Shown piece after piece: positions 9,038-19,446 of a stretch of DNA of 64,000 bases (position 1 is the stretch's first letter; each line of letters starts with the position of its first letter). The position numbers and the translations under genes were made by a program. This stretch comes from Candidatus Bathyarchaeota archaeon (GTDB taxonomy: Archaea; Thermoproteota; Bathyarchaeia; Bathyarchaeales; Bathycorpusculaceae): positions 2,496,001 to 2,560,000 of the forward strand of contig OY970340.1 of NCBI GenBank assembly GCA_963717465.1. Direction: 5' to 3'. The notes beneath the pieces are model-generated. The model was not told the origin of the DNA. It did not search any database and saw nothing but the letters and a program-made list of their open reading frames with translations.

Positions 9038-11164
9038 CTACTCCATGAATTTTTCAGGCGCTGGTACATCAGAAGAGAGGCCTTTACTTTTTCGCAAGTT
9101 ATTGATTATTTGCAATTCAAGTTTTTGCGGCATTGTATCCCAGTGATCAAAAAACATTTGCCAGAAAGCTCTCCCCGAAGTAGCTGACCTTAAGTCTGCG
9201 CTTAAACCAAAAGTTTCAGAAACAGGAATAAAACCGGATAAAACTGTTAGCATCCCCTTCTGCTCAAAAGACAACACTTTTCCGCGTCTTCTACTCATTA
9301 TTTTTGAACATTCTCCAGCTAATTCAGTTGTCACTGAAAGCACAATCTTGTAAATTGGCTCAAGCAAAACAGGCTTAGCAGTTAAAAAGGAGCCAAATAT
9401 TGCCTTGCCAACGCCGCGCATAACCTCCACAGAACCTCTCAATCCTTCATCATTGCTGACCTGCAAGTCAACCAGGCTCACCTTTACATGCCTAACAGGT
9501 TCACCGCATAATGGACCTGCATGACAAGCAAACTCAAAACCTGCGATAATAGATTCCAACACTTCTTCGCTTAACGATTCGGTAATACCTTTACTATCGA
9601 CAAGCACGTTACGTCTCTCATCAAACGATAAAATATTTCCGCCAGTCCCACCAGCCCGTTTTGTCGTTTTGGTTTGTTCTTCATCTTCAGGTTCAACTTG
9701 TATCCAGAAACTATTTTGTTTATTGGGGCTTTTAGCGTGGGCAACAACACCTTTGCTTCTGACACTTTCACGGTAAACAACTTTTGGCGAAGAAGCCACA
9801 ACATCAACTCGGAATTCGCTTTTTAACTGGTTAATAGCGATCTCCAAATGCAACTCGCCCATGCCGCTAAGCAGATATTCACCTGTTTCTCGGTTCACCG
9901 TAACAGCTAAGTTAGGATCTGCAGCGGACAAGTTTTCCATTCCGCCGAGCAAAACCTCCAAATTTTTAGGATTTTTAGGCTCAACTGCCATGGTAACTAC
10001 AGGCTCCGAAACGTAGCTTATGCCTTCAAAAGGAACCATTCCTGATTTATGATCTAAATCAACAAGAGTCTCCCCAGCCTTCACGCAACCCGACAAAGTC
10101 AAAACCACCAAATTGCCAGCTGAAACCCCAGCAACCTCTTCCCGGAAAGATCCCATATTAATCGCGACTTGATTCACCGTTGCCTCCGCTATTGCATCGA
10201 CAAGATGCAAAACATTTCCTTTCTTTACTTTCCCACAGAATAATCTGCCCAGCGCAAGACAGCCACCGTTTGAATCCGACTGCACGTTTGTTACACACAT
10301 GACTGTTGGGTCTTCATCCTGGCATGCAGTTAAGGCGTGACCAATTTCCGAGTCAACGTTTCCATCCCAAATTTTTGGTATTCTATAAGCTTGAGCTTCA
10401 CGTGGATCCGGAAGGCTCTTGATAGCGATTTCGAAGACCGCATCGTAAACAGGAAGCAGACTTTGCAGTTTAGTCTGCTGTGAATTCAAATAAGAGTTTA
10501 TTATATTTTCGAATTTGATGCTTTTCTCTTTTGCAATATTAGCGGTGAAGCCCCAACCGTGCAGCGCTGAACCATAAGCTACGTTGCTGTATGATGAGTC
10601 AATTTTCCACTTACTCTTAAAATCAGTTTCACAGTACAATTCGATAAGATCATTGAATCCGTTAACGATAAGTTTCAGTTTTTGTTTGATTTGCTGTTCA
10701 GTTAATTGCAATTCCGTGATTAACCGATCAACCTTATTTATGAATAATACTGGACGCACGCGTTCCTCAAGTGCTTGTCGCATGACAATTTCAGTTTGAG
10801 CCATGATTCCTTCGACTGCGTCAACAACAACTATAGCCCCATCAATAGCTCTTAGTGCACGTGTGACTTTACCAGTAAAATCCACATGTCCAGGCGTATC
10901 AACCAAATTTATTATGTGTTGATTGTAGAGTAATGTTATGTTTGCGGTTTTTATCGTGATTTTTCTTTTCTGCTCTTCCTCAAGATAATCTAGCACTCGT
11001 GCAGAACCAGCCATTTTAGGCGAAAGTAACCCCGCACCAGCCAATAATGAATCAGCAAGCGTTGTTTTTCCATGGTCAATGTGAGCGATTATTCCAACGT
11101 TTCGAATAGACTCTTTTTTATTCATTAATTGTTGAATTTGACTGATATGTCTAAACCTTGGCAT
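9038..11164 (-). CDS. Elongation factor 2 paralog (aEF-2p-like)
   Basis: AHIDHGKTT, DTPGHVDF, NKVD, GMGELHLE, KSPNK and LRSATSG motifs. The diphthamide loop is altered (SNDEGLRGSVE). Likely start is MPRFRH at 11164. Confidence 0.9.
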   Translation of the reverse strand: MPRFRHISQIQQLMNKKESIRNVGIIAHIDHGKTTLADSLLAGAGLLSPKMAGSARVLDYLEEEQKRKITIKTANITLLYNQHIINLVDTPGHVDFTGKVTRALRAIDGAIVVVDAVEGIMAQTEIVMRQALEERVRPVLFINKVDRLITELQLTEQQIKQKLKLIVNGFNDLIELYCETDFKSKWKIDSSYSNVAYGSALHGWGFTANIAKEKSIKFENIINSYLNSQQTKLQSLLPVYDAVFEIAIKSLPDPREAQAYRIPKIWDGNVDSEIGHALTACQDEDPTVMCVTNVQSDSNGGCLALGRLFCGKVKKGNVLHLVDAIAEATVNQVAINMGSFREEVAGVSAGNLVVLTLSGCVKAGETLVDLDHKSGMVPFEGISYVSEPVVTMAVEPKNPKNLEVLLGGMENLSAADPNLAVTVNRETGEYLLSGMGELHLEIAINQLKSEFRVDVVASSPKVVYRESVRSKGVVAHAKSPNKQNSFWIQVEPEDEEQTKTTKRAGGTGGNILSFDERRNVLVDSKGITESLSEEVLESIIAGFEFACHAGPLCGEPVRHVKVSLVDLQVSNDEGLRGSVEVMRGVGKAIFGSFLTAKPVLLEPIYKIVLSVTTELAGECSKIMSRRRGKVLSFEQKGMLTVLSGFIPVSETFGLSADLRSATSGRAFWQMFFDHWDTMPQKLELQIINNLRKSKGLSSDVPAPEKFME

Positions 11165-11269
11165 GGTAACCCTTTTAGAGTAGATTTTATGTTGAACCAG
11201 ACTTCCTATTAAACCTTGAAAGCTTATATTTTTAACCTTCGAATTTAGTAAACGCACGAAGGATACGTT

Positions 11270-12163
11270 ATGGCAACTGACAAGCGTAGGATTGAAGAGA
11301 AGGCATCGACGACAGCAGGCTTTATGTGTATTGCAAGAGCAGCTTCTTACAAAGAAAAGAGAGAATGCTATAAGGGACCTGACAATGTTGCATACGAGCT
11401 TACTCCGAGTTTTCTCAAGTTTATCGTGAGATCAAGGCTGCTGTTCAAATCTCTTAATCGACGCTTCTTCGCCAAAGGGGCCTACGAGTACGTTATAGCG
11501 AGGACAAAATATTTTGATGCCGCATTCAAGAATGCCTTAGAAGAAGGATTTGATCAGATAGTCATTTTCGGTGCAGGATATGACAGCCGGGCACTTCGTT
11601 TCGGTGGATTTAATAAATCGACAACTGTTTTTGAGGTTGATGCGCCGAAAACACAGGAAGATAAGATAAAGGGTTTTAAATCTAGAAAACTCTCCCTGCC
11701 TTCATACGTGGTGTTTGTGCCCGTTGATTTTGACAAAGAGAGTTTGGAAGCGAAAATGTTGCAGGCTGGGTTCAAAGTGGGTAAAAGGACACTTTTTTCT
11801 ATGGAAGGGGTAACCATGTATCTGACTAAAGACGCTGTTGAAAATACCTTCCGTTTTATGTCTGACTCTTCAGGGGTGAGAAGCATGGTGGTTTTTGACC
11901 ACATCTACGCGGGTGTTCTGCGGGGAGAGAACAAGTATTATGGCGAGAAAGGCATGGCTCAGAGTGTTGCAAAAGCAGGTGAAAAATGGAGGTTCGGACT
12001 CGAAGAAGGCGAGACAGCGGGATTCCTTGATAAGTTCGGGTTCACGATTAAAGATAATTGCAATGCTAAGCAGCTTGAAGAAAGGTACTTCAAAAACTCC
12101 AGAGGCGAAATTGTCGCCAAAATCAACGGCACCCATGCTATTGTTTCAGCGGTTAAAGAATGA
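11270..12163 (+). CDS. SAM-dependent methyltransferase, leucine carboxyl methyltransferase-like family
   Basis: ARTKYFD, QIVIFGAGYDSRA, FEVD, MEGVTMYL. Confidence 0.9.
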   Translation: MATDKRRIEEKASTTAGFMCIARAASYKEKRECYKGPDNVAYELTPSFLKFIVRSRLLFKSLNRRFFAKGAYEYVIARTKYFDAAFKNALEEGFDQIVIFGAGYDSRALRFGGFNKSTTVFEVDAPKTQEDKIKGFKSRKLSLPSYVVFVPVDFDKESLEAKMLQAGFKVGKRTLFSMEGVTMYLTKDAVENTFRFMSDSSGVRSMVVFDHIYAGVLRGENKYYGEKGMAQSVAKAGEKWRFGLEEGETAGFLDKFGFTIKDNCNAKQLEERYFKNSRGEIVAKINGTHAIVSAVKE

Positions 12164-12235
12164 AGAGACTTTTTATAAAATGAAAAATGGAAAAATTAGA
12201 TTTCAAACTTAAAATCAAAGATATGTAGTTGATTC

Positions 12236-13018
12236 TTGGAGAACAAAAGAGTGCAGACGCCGATAATAGTTCCAATTGAAGAATTAAGCAGTGATCCTTA
12301 TGCTTCTGTCCTGTGCTTCCCAAAGTCTAGCAAGGATGAACTGGAAAGCCGCATCCAAGAACTATGTTTGCTTGGAGTTTCGGCTCTTGAGTTTTCAGGA
12401 ACAGCTAGTATCTTCGGCGTTAAAGTGCCCGTCTTAGGTAAAGGCTTTGTCGGTATAGTGGTAATCGCTCATGTAAATGGGCAGAGAGTGGCTGTGAAGA
12501 TTCTCAGGCGAGACGCAGGAAGAGAAGACCTTCTGCATGAAGCAAGCATGTTATCCAAAGCGAACTCGATGGATGTGGGTCCAAGGTTATTTGCAGCAAG
12601 CAAGAACTTCATCCTTATGCAGTTGGTTGACGGCACCCTACTTGCTAACTGGCTGAAAACAAACAAAAACGTAACGCCGACTAAGATCATTTTGAGAGAA
12701 GTCTTGGAGCAGTGCTTTAAGTTGGACCAATCAGGATTGGACCACGGCGAATTAAGCAAAGCACCAAAACATATCTTAGTAGACAAATCGCCTAAACCTT
12801 TCATTGTCGATTTTGAAACCGCCAGCATTAATCGGAAAGTAGCGAATGTTACTGCGGTTTGCCAGTTTCTTTTTATAGGCAAAAATACGACTGCAAGAAT
12901 AATCTCAGACATTCTTGGTGTAAGAGAGATGCCCAAAATAATTGATGCTTTAAAAAATTACAAGAAGAACAAGAATAAACAAAATTTTGAAAGAATAGTC
13001 GAAGCTTGTTTTTATTAA
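12236..13018 (+). CDS. Archaeal Ser/Thr protein kinase (RIO/Bud32-like)
   Basis: LGKGFVGIV, VAVK, DHGELS, IVDFE. Confidence 0.85.
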   Translation: MENKRVQTPIIVPIEELSSDPYASVLCFPKSSKDELESRIQELCLLGVSALEFSGTASIFGVKVPVLGKGFVGIVVIAHVNGQRVAVKILRRDAGREDLLHEASMLSKANSMDVGPRLFAASKNFILMQLVDGTLLANWLKTNKNVTPTKIILREVLEQCFKLDQSGLDHGELSKAPKHILVDKSPKPFIVDFETASINRKVANVTAVCQFLFIGKNTTARIISDILGVREMPKIIDALKNYKKNKNKQNFERIVEACFY

Positions 13019-13200
13019 GTCACATAGTTGATGGCTTCATTTAATCTTGTTTTCTCTGTTTTAATGGCTGCGTCGAGTTCTTGTGAGAGTTGATAGAGGT
13101 CTAGCCAAGTTTCAATTTTCTTTTGTCTGTCAACATTCTTCTTGTCGAAAAGCATTGGAACAGAATTTACAAATATCCAAACGAAATCTTCCTCTGTCAC
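13015..13200 (-). CDS. Hypothetical protein
   Basis: 61 aa ORF with a GGAG SD filling the gap between the kinase and purP. Confidence 0.5.
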   Translation of the reverse strand: MTEEDFVWIFVNSVPMLFDKKNVDRQKKIETWLDLYQLSQELDAAIKTEKTRLNEAINYVT

Positions 13201-13302
13201 CCTTCTCCCCGGCTATATCAATCAAAGATTTCTCTTATTAGGCAATATGATACAAAATTATAGAACTTTTTTCTAGAATATTTTAGCAAGTGTTCCAAGG
13301 GC

Positions 13303-14388
13303 TTAAGCTAGGACGTCCTGCAACCTACCTGCTTGTCGCGCATGTTTCAGTTCAAGTGCGATGCGTCTGCCCATGTACATGTTTTCTCCGTACTTTAGGT
13401 AAGCGTAGGGTGAGGTTCCGATGCCAACGTTTGTTCCTGCTACAATGCGTGCTGAAATTTCAAAGGTGAAAATTCTCAAGTCATCGGTTATCACGGTTTC
13501 AAGGCAAAACGGTCCAATTATTCCTGGCGAAGCAAGTTCACGCGCTTTTTTGTGAACGCTATCGCCCATCCGCATTAATTCTGGCAAAAGCGATTCACGC
13601 AGGGTAATCGGAAAATTGCCTACAATCGTATAGGTTGGGTTGACGTCTATTTCTAATTGTTCGTTTGCTGGAATTTTACCGATTGAATCCACGGCTGATT
13701 CATACCGGCGGTCAACACATAACAATTCTACGTCGTCCTTGATTATTGAGCTGAAATAGCTGGGGTAAACGTTGACTCCCAAAGCGTACTCCTGCAAATG
13801 AACCTTGTCCAAATCATCTTTTGAAAGCAGACCTCGCTTAACCATTTCATCAAATTTCTTGTAAAACGTCTTTGGGGAATTTGCAAGGAAATAGCCTCTT
13901 CCGCCTTTTGCGCCAGGTAGTTTGGCGATTATTAGGCGGTCAATTTCCTCGGGAGTTTTTAAGGTTGCGGGCAGTCGAAGGCCAGCTTGGCTTAACCATT
14001 CTTCTTGATCTTTGCGATTTGCTTCCCAATGCAAAAGTTTTCGGTTGCCAAACATCGGCACTTTAAGGCTGTCGGTGAGTTCTTTTGTGCTCAAGTAAGC
14101 TGTGAAAGACCCATGAGGAATCAGTACAGCGTTTAGTTTCCGAAGCTTATCCTGTAATGATTCGCTTAAGAGTTCAGTGAAGTCTTTAACGATAATTAAC
14201 TCGTCGACGAGCGGATACTTCTGGTACATGATTGCATCTTTTTCTTTACAGAGGCAGACTGTGCGAAAACCTTCTTCTTTTGCACCCTTGAAAATATTTA
14301 GGGAACTATGAGAGCCCAAAGTGGCAATCGTTAATTTTTTTGGATCGTACTTTTCAAGTATTTTTTTTATGTCGTGGCTTTCTATCAC
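13303..14388 (-). CDS. purP: Formate--AICAR ligase (PurP)
   Basis: IATLGSHSSL, PHGSF, GAKGGRGYF, GPFCLE, FEISARIVAGTN, MGRRIALE. Confidence 0.92.
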   Translation of the reverse strand: MIESHDIKKILEKYDPKKLTIATLGSHSSLNIFKGAKEEGFRTVCLCKEKDAIMYQKYPLVDELIIVKDFTELLSESLQDKLRKLNAVLIPHGSFTAYLSTKELTDSLKVPMFGNRKLLHWEANRKDQEEWLSQAGLRLPATLKTPEEIDRLIIAKLPGAKGGRGYFLANSPKTFYKKFDEMVKRGLLSKDDLDKVHLQEYALGVNVYPSYFSSIIKDDVELLCVDRRYESAVDSIGKIPANEQLEIDVNPTYTIVGNFPITLRESLLPELMRMGDSVHKKARELASPGIIGPFCLETVITDDLRIFTFEISARIVAGTNVGIGTSPYAYLKYGENMYMGRRIALELKHARQAGRLQDVLA

Positions 14389-15476
14389 GTTACCACTTCC
14401 GAAAGCCTGCCTTCTGAAACAGCGCGTTTTATTTCCATGGCAACTCTTTTTCCCGGGCCAACTTCCACTCCGTACTTGTATTTCATATACGGAGAGGTGG
14501 CCTCAACGCATGGACAGCCTGGAACACGTGGGCTAACATCGAAAACGTAAAAATCCAAGTTTTTGGTTATTGCGCCCTGCAGTGCGAATAATCCGATCAT
14601 TCCTGGAGGGTACTCTTTTTTGCAGGTGCCAACGAATTTTTCTGCCGCTTCGAATATTTTTTCAATTTGGCTCTCGCGCATTGTTGCACCCATGTGGCCG
14701 ATTTCAATGTTTTGTGTTGGAATGTTCACTTCTATTTGTTCTTGAGCGGGTAAGTCAAGAATTCCGTCGAGGTCAGTTTGAATTCTTCTATCAAACCCTA
14801 AAAGGTCAATTTCACCTGTCAGTGGCGACCAAAACAGGTTAGCGTTAAACTTGGCTCCAACAACATATTCTTCTATAACTGCTTGTTTTAATGCTTCAGC
14901 GCTGATTATTCCCTGCTTAATTCGTTGCTCAGACGTTTTCTTATACTCTTCAAACGATTTAGCGTAAAAAAAGGCGCGTTCGATTGCTCTGGTTTTTTCG
15001 GGAACTTTTATGATTGCTAGTCTGTCAATTTCTTTCGGCGACCTGAAAGTCTTAGGTGTTGCAATACCAGCTTCCTTGAGAAGGAACAATTGGTTTCTTG
15101 GGGTATTACGCTCCTCAGTGCGAAGCATCGCCCTGTTACCCATTAAGGGCACAGCGAATTTTTCTTCAATTTCCTCGTAACCAGCGTAAACCGAGAAGGA
15201 ACGATTCGGAACAAAAATCGTGTTCAAATCATTAAGGTGCTTAACTGTGCTTGGGCTTGTAATATCAGCAAATTTGTCAACAAGTATCGTGTGGTCAAAC
15301 AGGTTACCGTAATACTTAGTGTATGTTTTTTCTCTGCCTTTTTGGCAGACAACGACTGTTTGGAAACCTTCCTGCTTCGCGCCTGAAGCAATTTCAAGAG
15401 CTGAATGTGAGCCTAAAACGCCTATCCGTACCGCTTTAGGATTATAAGACTCTACGATTTGCTTAATCTTTTTCAT
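14385..15476 (-). CDS. PurP-family ATP-grasp paralog
   Basis: GSHSALEI, PNRSF, ERAFF, TMRESQIE, FDVSPRVPG, GKRVAMEI. Confidence 0.88.
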   Translation of the reverse strand: MKKIKQIVESYNPKAVRIGVLGSHSALEIASGAKQEGFQTVVVCQKGREKTYTKYYGNLFDHTILVDKFADITSPSTVKHLNDLNTIFVPNRSFSVYAGYEEIEEKFAVPLMGNRAMLRTEERNTPRNQLFLLKEAGIATPKTFRSPKEIDRLAIIKVPEKTRAIERAFFYAKSFEEYKKTSEQRIKQGIISAEALKQAVIEEYVVGAKFNANLFWSPLTGEIDLLGFDRRIQTDLDGILDLPAQEQIEVNIPTQNIEIGHMGATMRESQIEKIFEAAEKFVGTCKKEYPPGMIGLFALQGAITKNLDFYVFDVSPRVPGCPCVEATSPYMKYKYGVEVGPGKRVAMEIKRAVSEGRLSEVVT

Positions 15477-16534
15477 CTTGCATTTTCACCCATGTAATTC
15501 TTGTAATCTTTAATTACCTTAGCAAGTTTGGGCGCGTGAAAAAGTCTGCATCCTGTCATTTCTTCCGCTGTCGCCAGATACATTTCGCTAATAATCTTTT
15601 TTAGTTTAATGTCAAGTCTTGGCGGATTTGACTTACACAGGGTTTTCCAGTCCTCGACGCCTCTGAGCTCAGCAGTCCTTTTAGCTTCTTCAACATCAGC
15701 ATACCAAGCAGTTTTCTTGTAAAATTGTCTAGCAATCTCTTTGCTTACATGCACTCCGTCAAACGTAAACCTGCATTCATCCAAAGTCCCTAGGACGTCG
15801 ACAACCATAAGGTTTCTTTTATCATCAAAGGCTAACTCAATTTTTCCATCCTCATTCTTCAACATCGCAGGCGTGGCAGCTTGAGTTATGGTTTCATCGG
15901 CCTCTAAAAGAACTTTTTTTACGTCAGCTAATTCTTGGTTGGTTAAACCACTGATTTCTTGGGCTTCAGTCCAAGTAATATAACGGTCCGTTTCTTCCAG
16001 CTTTGTGCTCACATCGAAGATTGGCTTATCCAGCTGTTCACCAGGTTTCGGATAATGCGTTAAACCTAAATCTTCTAAAGTTATTTTCCCCTGCTCAAGA
16101 CGCTTGAATACTGACGAACCTTCAGGTAACCCGTTTCTGTATATTATTTCAAGTGGAATCAAAAAATTCTTCAAGTCTAAATTGTACATTGAATAATCGC
16201 GCGACATTTTCCCGTCAGCAACGCTCGTTTCAGGCCTGTAAACATTAACCAAGTTAACTTCCATAATGTTAGTTGGCTTCTTTAACGCTTTAACATGAAC
16301 GGATTTACCTTTTTCATCAATTAAACTCCTATAATGGGTCTTTACTCCTTTCTCTTCAAGGCGTTCAAAACAGTAAGCACCCATTAAGCATAATGCTTGT
16401 CCTTTACCTTCTATAAGGTCAGGCATTTCACCCCAGTCAAAAACGCTGTAGCGGTCAGAAAATACAAATCTACCTACACCCATAGAATTTTCAGTTGGCT
16501 TTCTGATTACTTCAAGGTCTTTTACGCTACCCAA
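15473..16534 (-). CDS. purC: SAICAR synthetase
   Basis: GSVKD, FSDRYSVFDWG, STKLEETD, DGKIE, GTLDECRF. Likely TTG start at 16534 with GAGGT SD. Confidence 0.92.
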   Translation of the reverse strand: MGSVKDLEVIRKPTENSMGVGRFVFSDRYSVFDWGEMPDLIEGKGQALCLMGAYCFERLEEKGVKTHYRSLIDEKGKSVHVKALKKPTNIMEVNLVNVYRPETSVADGKMSRDYSMYNLDLKNFLIPLEIIYRNGLPEGSSVFKRLEQGKITLEDLGLTHYPKPGEQLDKPIFDVSTKLEETDRYITWTEAQEISGLTNQELADVKKVLLEADETITQAATPAMLKNEDGKIELAFDDKRNLMVVDVLGTLDECRFTFDGVHVSKEIARQFYKKTAWYADVEEAKRTAELRGVEDWKTLCKSNPPRLDIKLKKIISEMYLATAEEMTGCRLFHAPKLAKVIKDYKNYMGENAR

Positions 16535-16658
16535 TTGATTTACCTCAACTGGTAGTTCTATCAGAACATTCTTTTTTAGCTTTATCGCTTTATCAAGTAC
16601 AAAATGGTTTGATGATTGGCAAAGGCTAAGCTCAACTAGTAAAAATATCAAGAAAAAA

Positions 16659-17138
16659 TTACTTTAGTTTCTTCACTGATTCGTTGGCTTTCTCGATATC
16701 TTTCCTTTTGCCTTCCTGATAATTTTTCACTTTGATTTCTAATTCACGGTCTTCTAAACCGAGAATTTTTGCAGCCACAATAGCGGCGCCTTCAGGCTCA
16801 ACTGTAACGACTGATCCAATTCCGCTTGGTACTCTAAGGGACGAGTAAATATCTGCTCCACCAAATTTCTCAGAGTAAGGCGGGCACGCAATAACAGGTT
16901 TTGAGGTGTTAGCGTCGGCAAAAGCGCTTAATGCATTGGAGCGTCCAGCAACAGTTATGTAAACAATTTTTTCGTTTTGCGTTTCTCTTAATATTTGAAG
17001 CACTTTCTCTGGAGTTTTATGTGCGGATGCAACGCAGAAACTGTATGGCACGCCTAAAATCTTAAGGTATTTAGCGATATCCCTTGAGAAATCTAAGTCT
17101 CTTTCAGAACCCATAATTATGAGTGCTTTTCCCAGCAT
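16659..17138 (-). CDS. purE: AIR carboxylase / N5-CAIR mutase
   Basis: IIMGSERD, SAHKTP, AGRSNALS, PVIACP, SSLRVPSG. Confidence 0.92.
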   Translation of the reverse strand: MLGKALIIMGSERDLDFSRDIAKYLKILGVPYSFCVASAHKTPEKVLQILRETQNEKIVYITVAGRSNALSAFADANTSKPVIACPPYSEKFGGADIYSSLRVPSGIGSVVTVEPEGAAIVAAKILGLEDRELEIKVKNYQEGKRKDIEKANESVKKLK

Positions 17139-17420
17139 AACTTATCAAATACTGTAAAAGGCTTACTTGCTAATTAATTTTGGGTGAACCAACGACTTTT
17201 CAGGCAGTTTGACCTGCATTTTTCGCAAAGTTTTTTTGTCAAAACTACTAAATAAATTCAGTCCAATTCGTTTGTTTAAATCGTCACTCAAAAGAGGCGA
17301 ATGCGAAACGTTCAGTCCATCTTCAAACGACTGTCATAAAGCTATGAAATATTCACGAGAAATTATCAAAATACCAAACGAGCTTCACTCGCAAGGGGCA
17401 ATTATTGGGGGTTTTCTTTT

Positions 17421-17690
17421 GTGAATAAGCATAGAAGGAATAGTGTTGAGATTGATTGCGATATTCTTCTATCTTGCAAAACGGGAGGCACCAAAACGCG
17501 CGTTGTATACCAAGCTAATTTAAATAATCTACGCATAAATCGTCACTTGGAAATACTGTTGAACGCAGGATTGCTGACCAAAGAACAAAATAGAACGGGA
17601 AATACGATTTATCGAACGACTCAAAGTGGATTGAAATTTTTGAAGGATGCAAAGCTCAATAAGACGAAAACTCGAATTAAAGACTGCTAA
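17421..17690 (+). CDS. Winged-helix (HTH_45-like) DNA-binding protein
   Basis: RR..EI..DIL...KTRVVYQANLN...YRTT..GLKFL. Confidence 0.8.
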   Translation: MNKHRRNSVEIDCDILLSCKTGGTKTRVVYQANLNNLRINRHLEILLNAGLLTKEQNRTGNTIYRTTQSGLKFLKDAKLNKTKTRIKDC

Positions 17691-17926
17691 ATTCATCATG
17701 GTCAAACAACAAAAACCCTTTTCCCACTAAATTGAGAAATAATTCAGAGGTCTCCCTACCGCTTTTATTGATATTTAATGGAAACAGATAGATTGTCTAA
17801 AAAGGCGAGTATATTCTTACGCTTTCCATAAATTCACTTTAACTCTCCTCTCCACTTATTAACAACTCTTAATTTTCGCTTGTTTTAAATACACCAAACA
17901 TCACTCATCTAAAAGCGTGAAAGTTA

Positions 17927-18970
17927 ATGTCTGAAACCGAAGATGAACTACCACAAGAAAAAGAAGAAAAAGCAGAAGAGGAACCTTCAAACACAAAATA
18001 CGAGTTCATAGAAGATCTTCCCGGCGTTGGCCCCGCAACAGCTCAAAAACTCCGTGAACTCGGCTACCACACCGTAGAATCATTAGCCATGGCTACAGCG
18101 AGAGAGTTAGAACCTGTAGGTGTTAGCGAAAAAAAATCGTTCCAGATAATTGAGGCAGCACGTTCATCAATCGGCATCAGTTTCATTCGCGCAGATGAAC
18201 TTTTTAAAATGCGCCAGAAAGTTGTACGTTTAACTTCAGGCAGCAAAGCCTTGGATAAAATCATCGATGGCGGATTAGAAACACAGACCATCACTGAATT
18301 CTACGGTGAATATGGTAGCGGGAAAAGCCAGATTTGCCATCAATTATGCGTCAATGTTCAGTTACCTCAGGAAAGAGGTGGATTAAATGGCTCCGCATTA
18401 TACGTTGACACTGAGAACACTTTCAGGCTTGAACGAATAGTCCAGATGTCAAAGCATTTAGGACTTGACCCTGAACAAGTGGTTAAAAACATTATTTACG
18501 CTGAAGCCTTCACTTCAGACCACCAAATGTTCCTGCTGGAAAATGCAGATGAAATTATAAAAGCAAACAACATCAAACTCATAATTGTAGATTCACTAAC
18601 TGCACATTTCAGAAGCGAGTACATTGGACGAGAAATGCTAGCTTCACGCCAACAAAAACTGAACAAGCACATGCATAAACTCATCTCACTGGCAAGAGGC
18701 TTTAATGCGGTAGCCGTGGTAACCAACCAAGTTATGGCTAAGCCTGACCAGTTCTTCGGGGACGCTATTCACCCAATAGGTGGACACATTGTTGGACACA
18801 CAAGTCATACAAGAATTTACTTGCGCAGGGCATCCCATGGTCCAATCAGGATTGCGCGACTTGTTTCAAGTCCATATTTGCCTGAAGGCGAGGAAATACT
18901 TAAAGTAACAGAGAATGGAATAGAAGATGTCTCTGAAGAGGAGAAAACAAGTAAATCTCGTGGTCGTTAA
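17927..18970 (+). CDS. radA: DNA repair and recombination protein RadA
   Basis: DLPGVG HhH, GEYGSGKSQ Walker A, IVDSLTAHFR, TNQV, PIGGHI, SSPYLPEGE. Confidence 0.97.
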   Translation: MSETEDELPQEKEEKAEEEPSNTKYEFIEDLPGVGPATAQKLRELGYHTVESLAMATARELEPVGVSEKKSFQIIEAARSSIGISFIRADELFKMRQKVVRLTSGSKALDKIIDGGLETQTITEFYGEYGSGKSQICHQLCVNVQLPQERGGLNGSALYVDTENTFRLERIVQMSKHLGLDPEQVVKNIIYAEAFTSDHQMFLLENADEIIKANNIKLIIVDSLTAHFRSEYIGREMLASRQQKLNKHMHKLISLARGFNAVAVVTNQVMAKPDQFFGDAIHPIGGHIVGHTSHTRIYLRRASHGPIRIARLVSSPYLPEGEEILKVTENGIEDVSEEEKTSKSRGR

Positions 18971-18972
18971 GA

Positions 18973-19434
18973 ATGCCCATACCTCAAGCTTTAGTCGCAA
19001 GGTACTTTCAACTCATAGTAGGTAGACAATTTACCGAAGCAGAAAGAGAATTAGAACGTCTTAAACAGAAAATGCAGAAAACAGAGTGGAACAGAGGATA
19101 CTTTAGAGCATTATACGGAATGTACCTTACACGCAAAAACAACAATGACAGCTATGCTTTCTTCTCAAAACTGGACTTAAGCGACAAGGCAACATTGCAC
19201 ATGTACAGAAAAGAGTTTCTAGATCACATGAGAAACGGGCTTCACGGCGATTTTGATCGCGGCTTCTTTTCTGCGTGGGCAGATTGCATGCGTGTTCTAA
19301 CGCGAATGGATATCCAAAATCCTTCAAGCAACGATGAAAATAGCGGAGCAGAAGGCGAAAAAATTGAGACCCTAAAGAGTGACAAGAGCCAAGCAACAAT
19401 CGCGAATTTTTTCAGCAAAAGCGAAGAAGATTAA
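18973..19434 (+). CDS. Hypothetical protein translationally coupled to radA
   Basis: 153 aa ORF starting 2 nt after the radA stop, with repeated W/F-x-RGY/F motifs. Confidence 0.7.
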   Translation: MPIPQALVARYFQLIVGRQFTEAERELERLKQKMQKTEWNRGYFRALYGMYLTRKNNNDSYAFFSKLDLSDKATLHMYRKEFLDHMRNGLHGDFDRGFFSAWADCMRVLTRMDIQNPSSNDENSGAEGEKIETLKSDKSQATIANFFSKSEED

Positions 19435-19446
19435 TTAGATTTATCT

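Noticed and set aside
17209..17424. Short ORF upstream of the wHTH gene, and similar antisense or overlapping ORFs of 60-155 aa throughout the track
   Set aside because: No recognisable motifs; they overlap promoters or stronger genes on the other strand.
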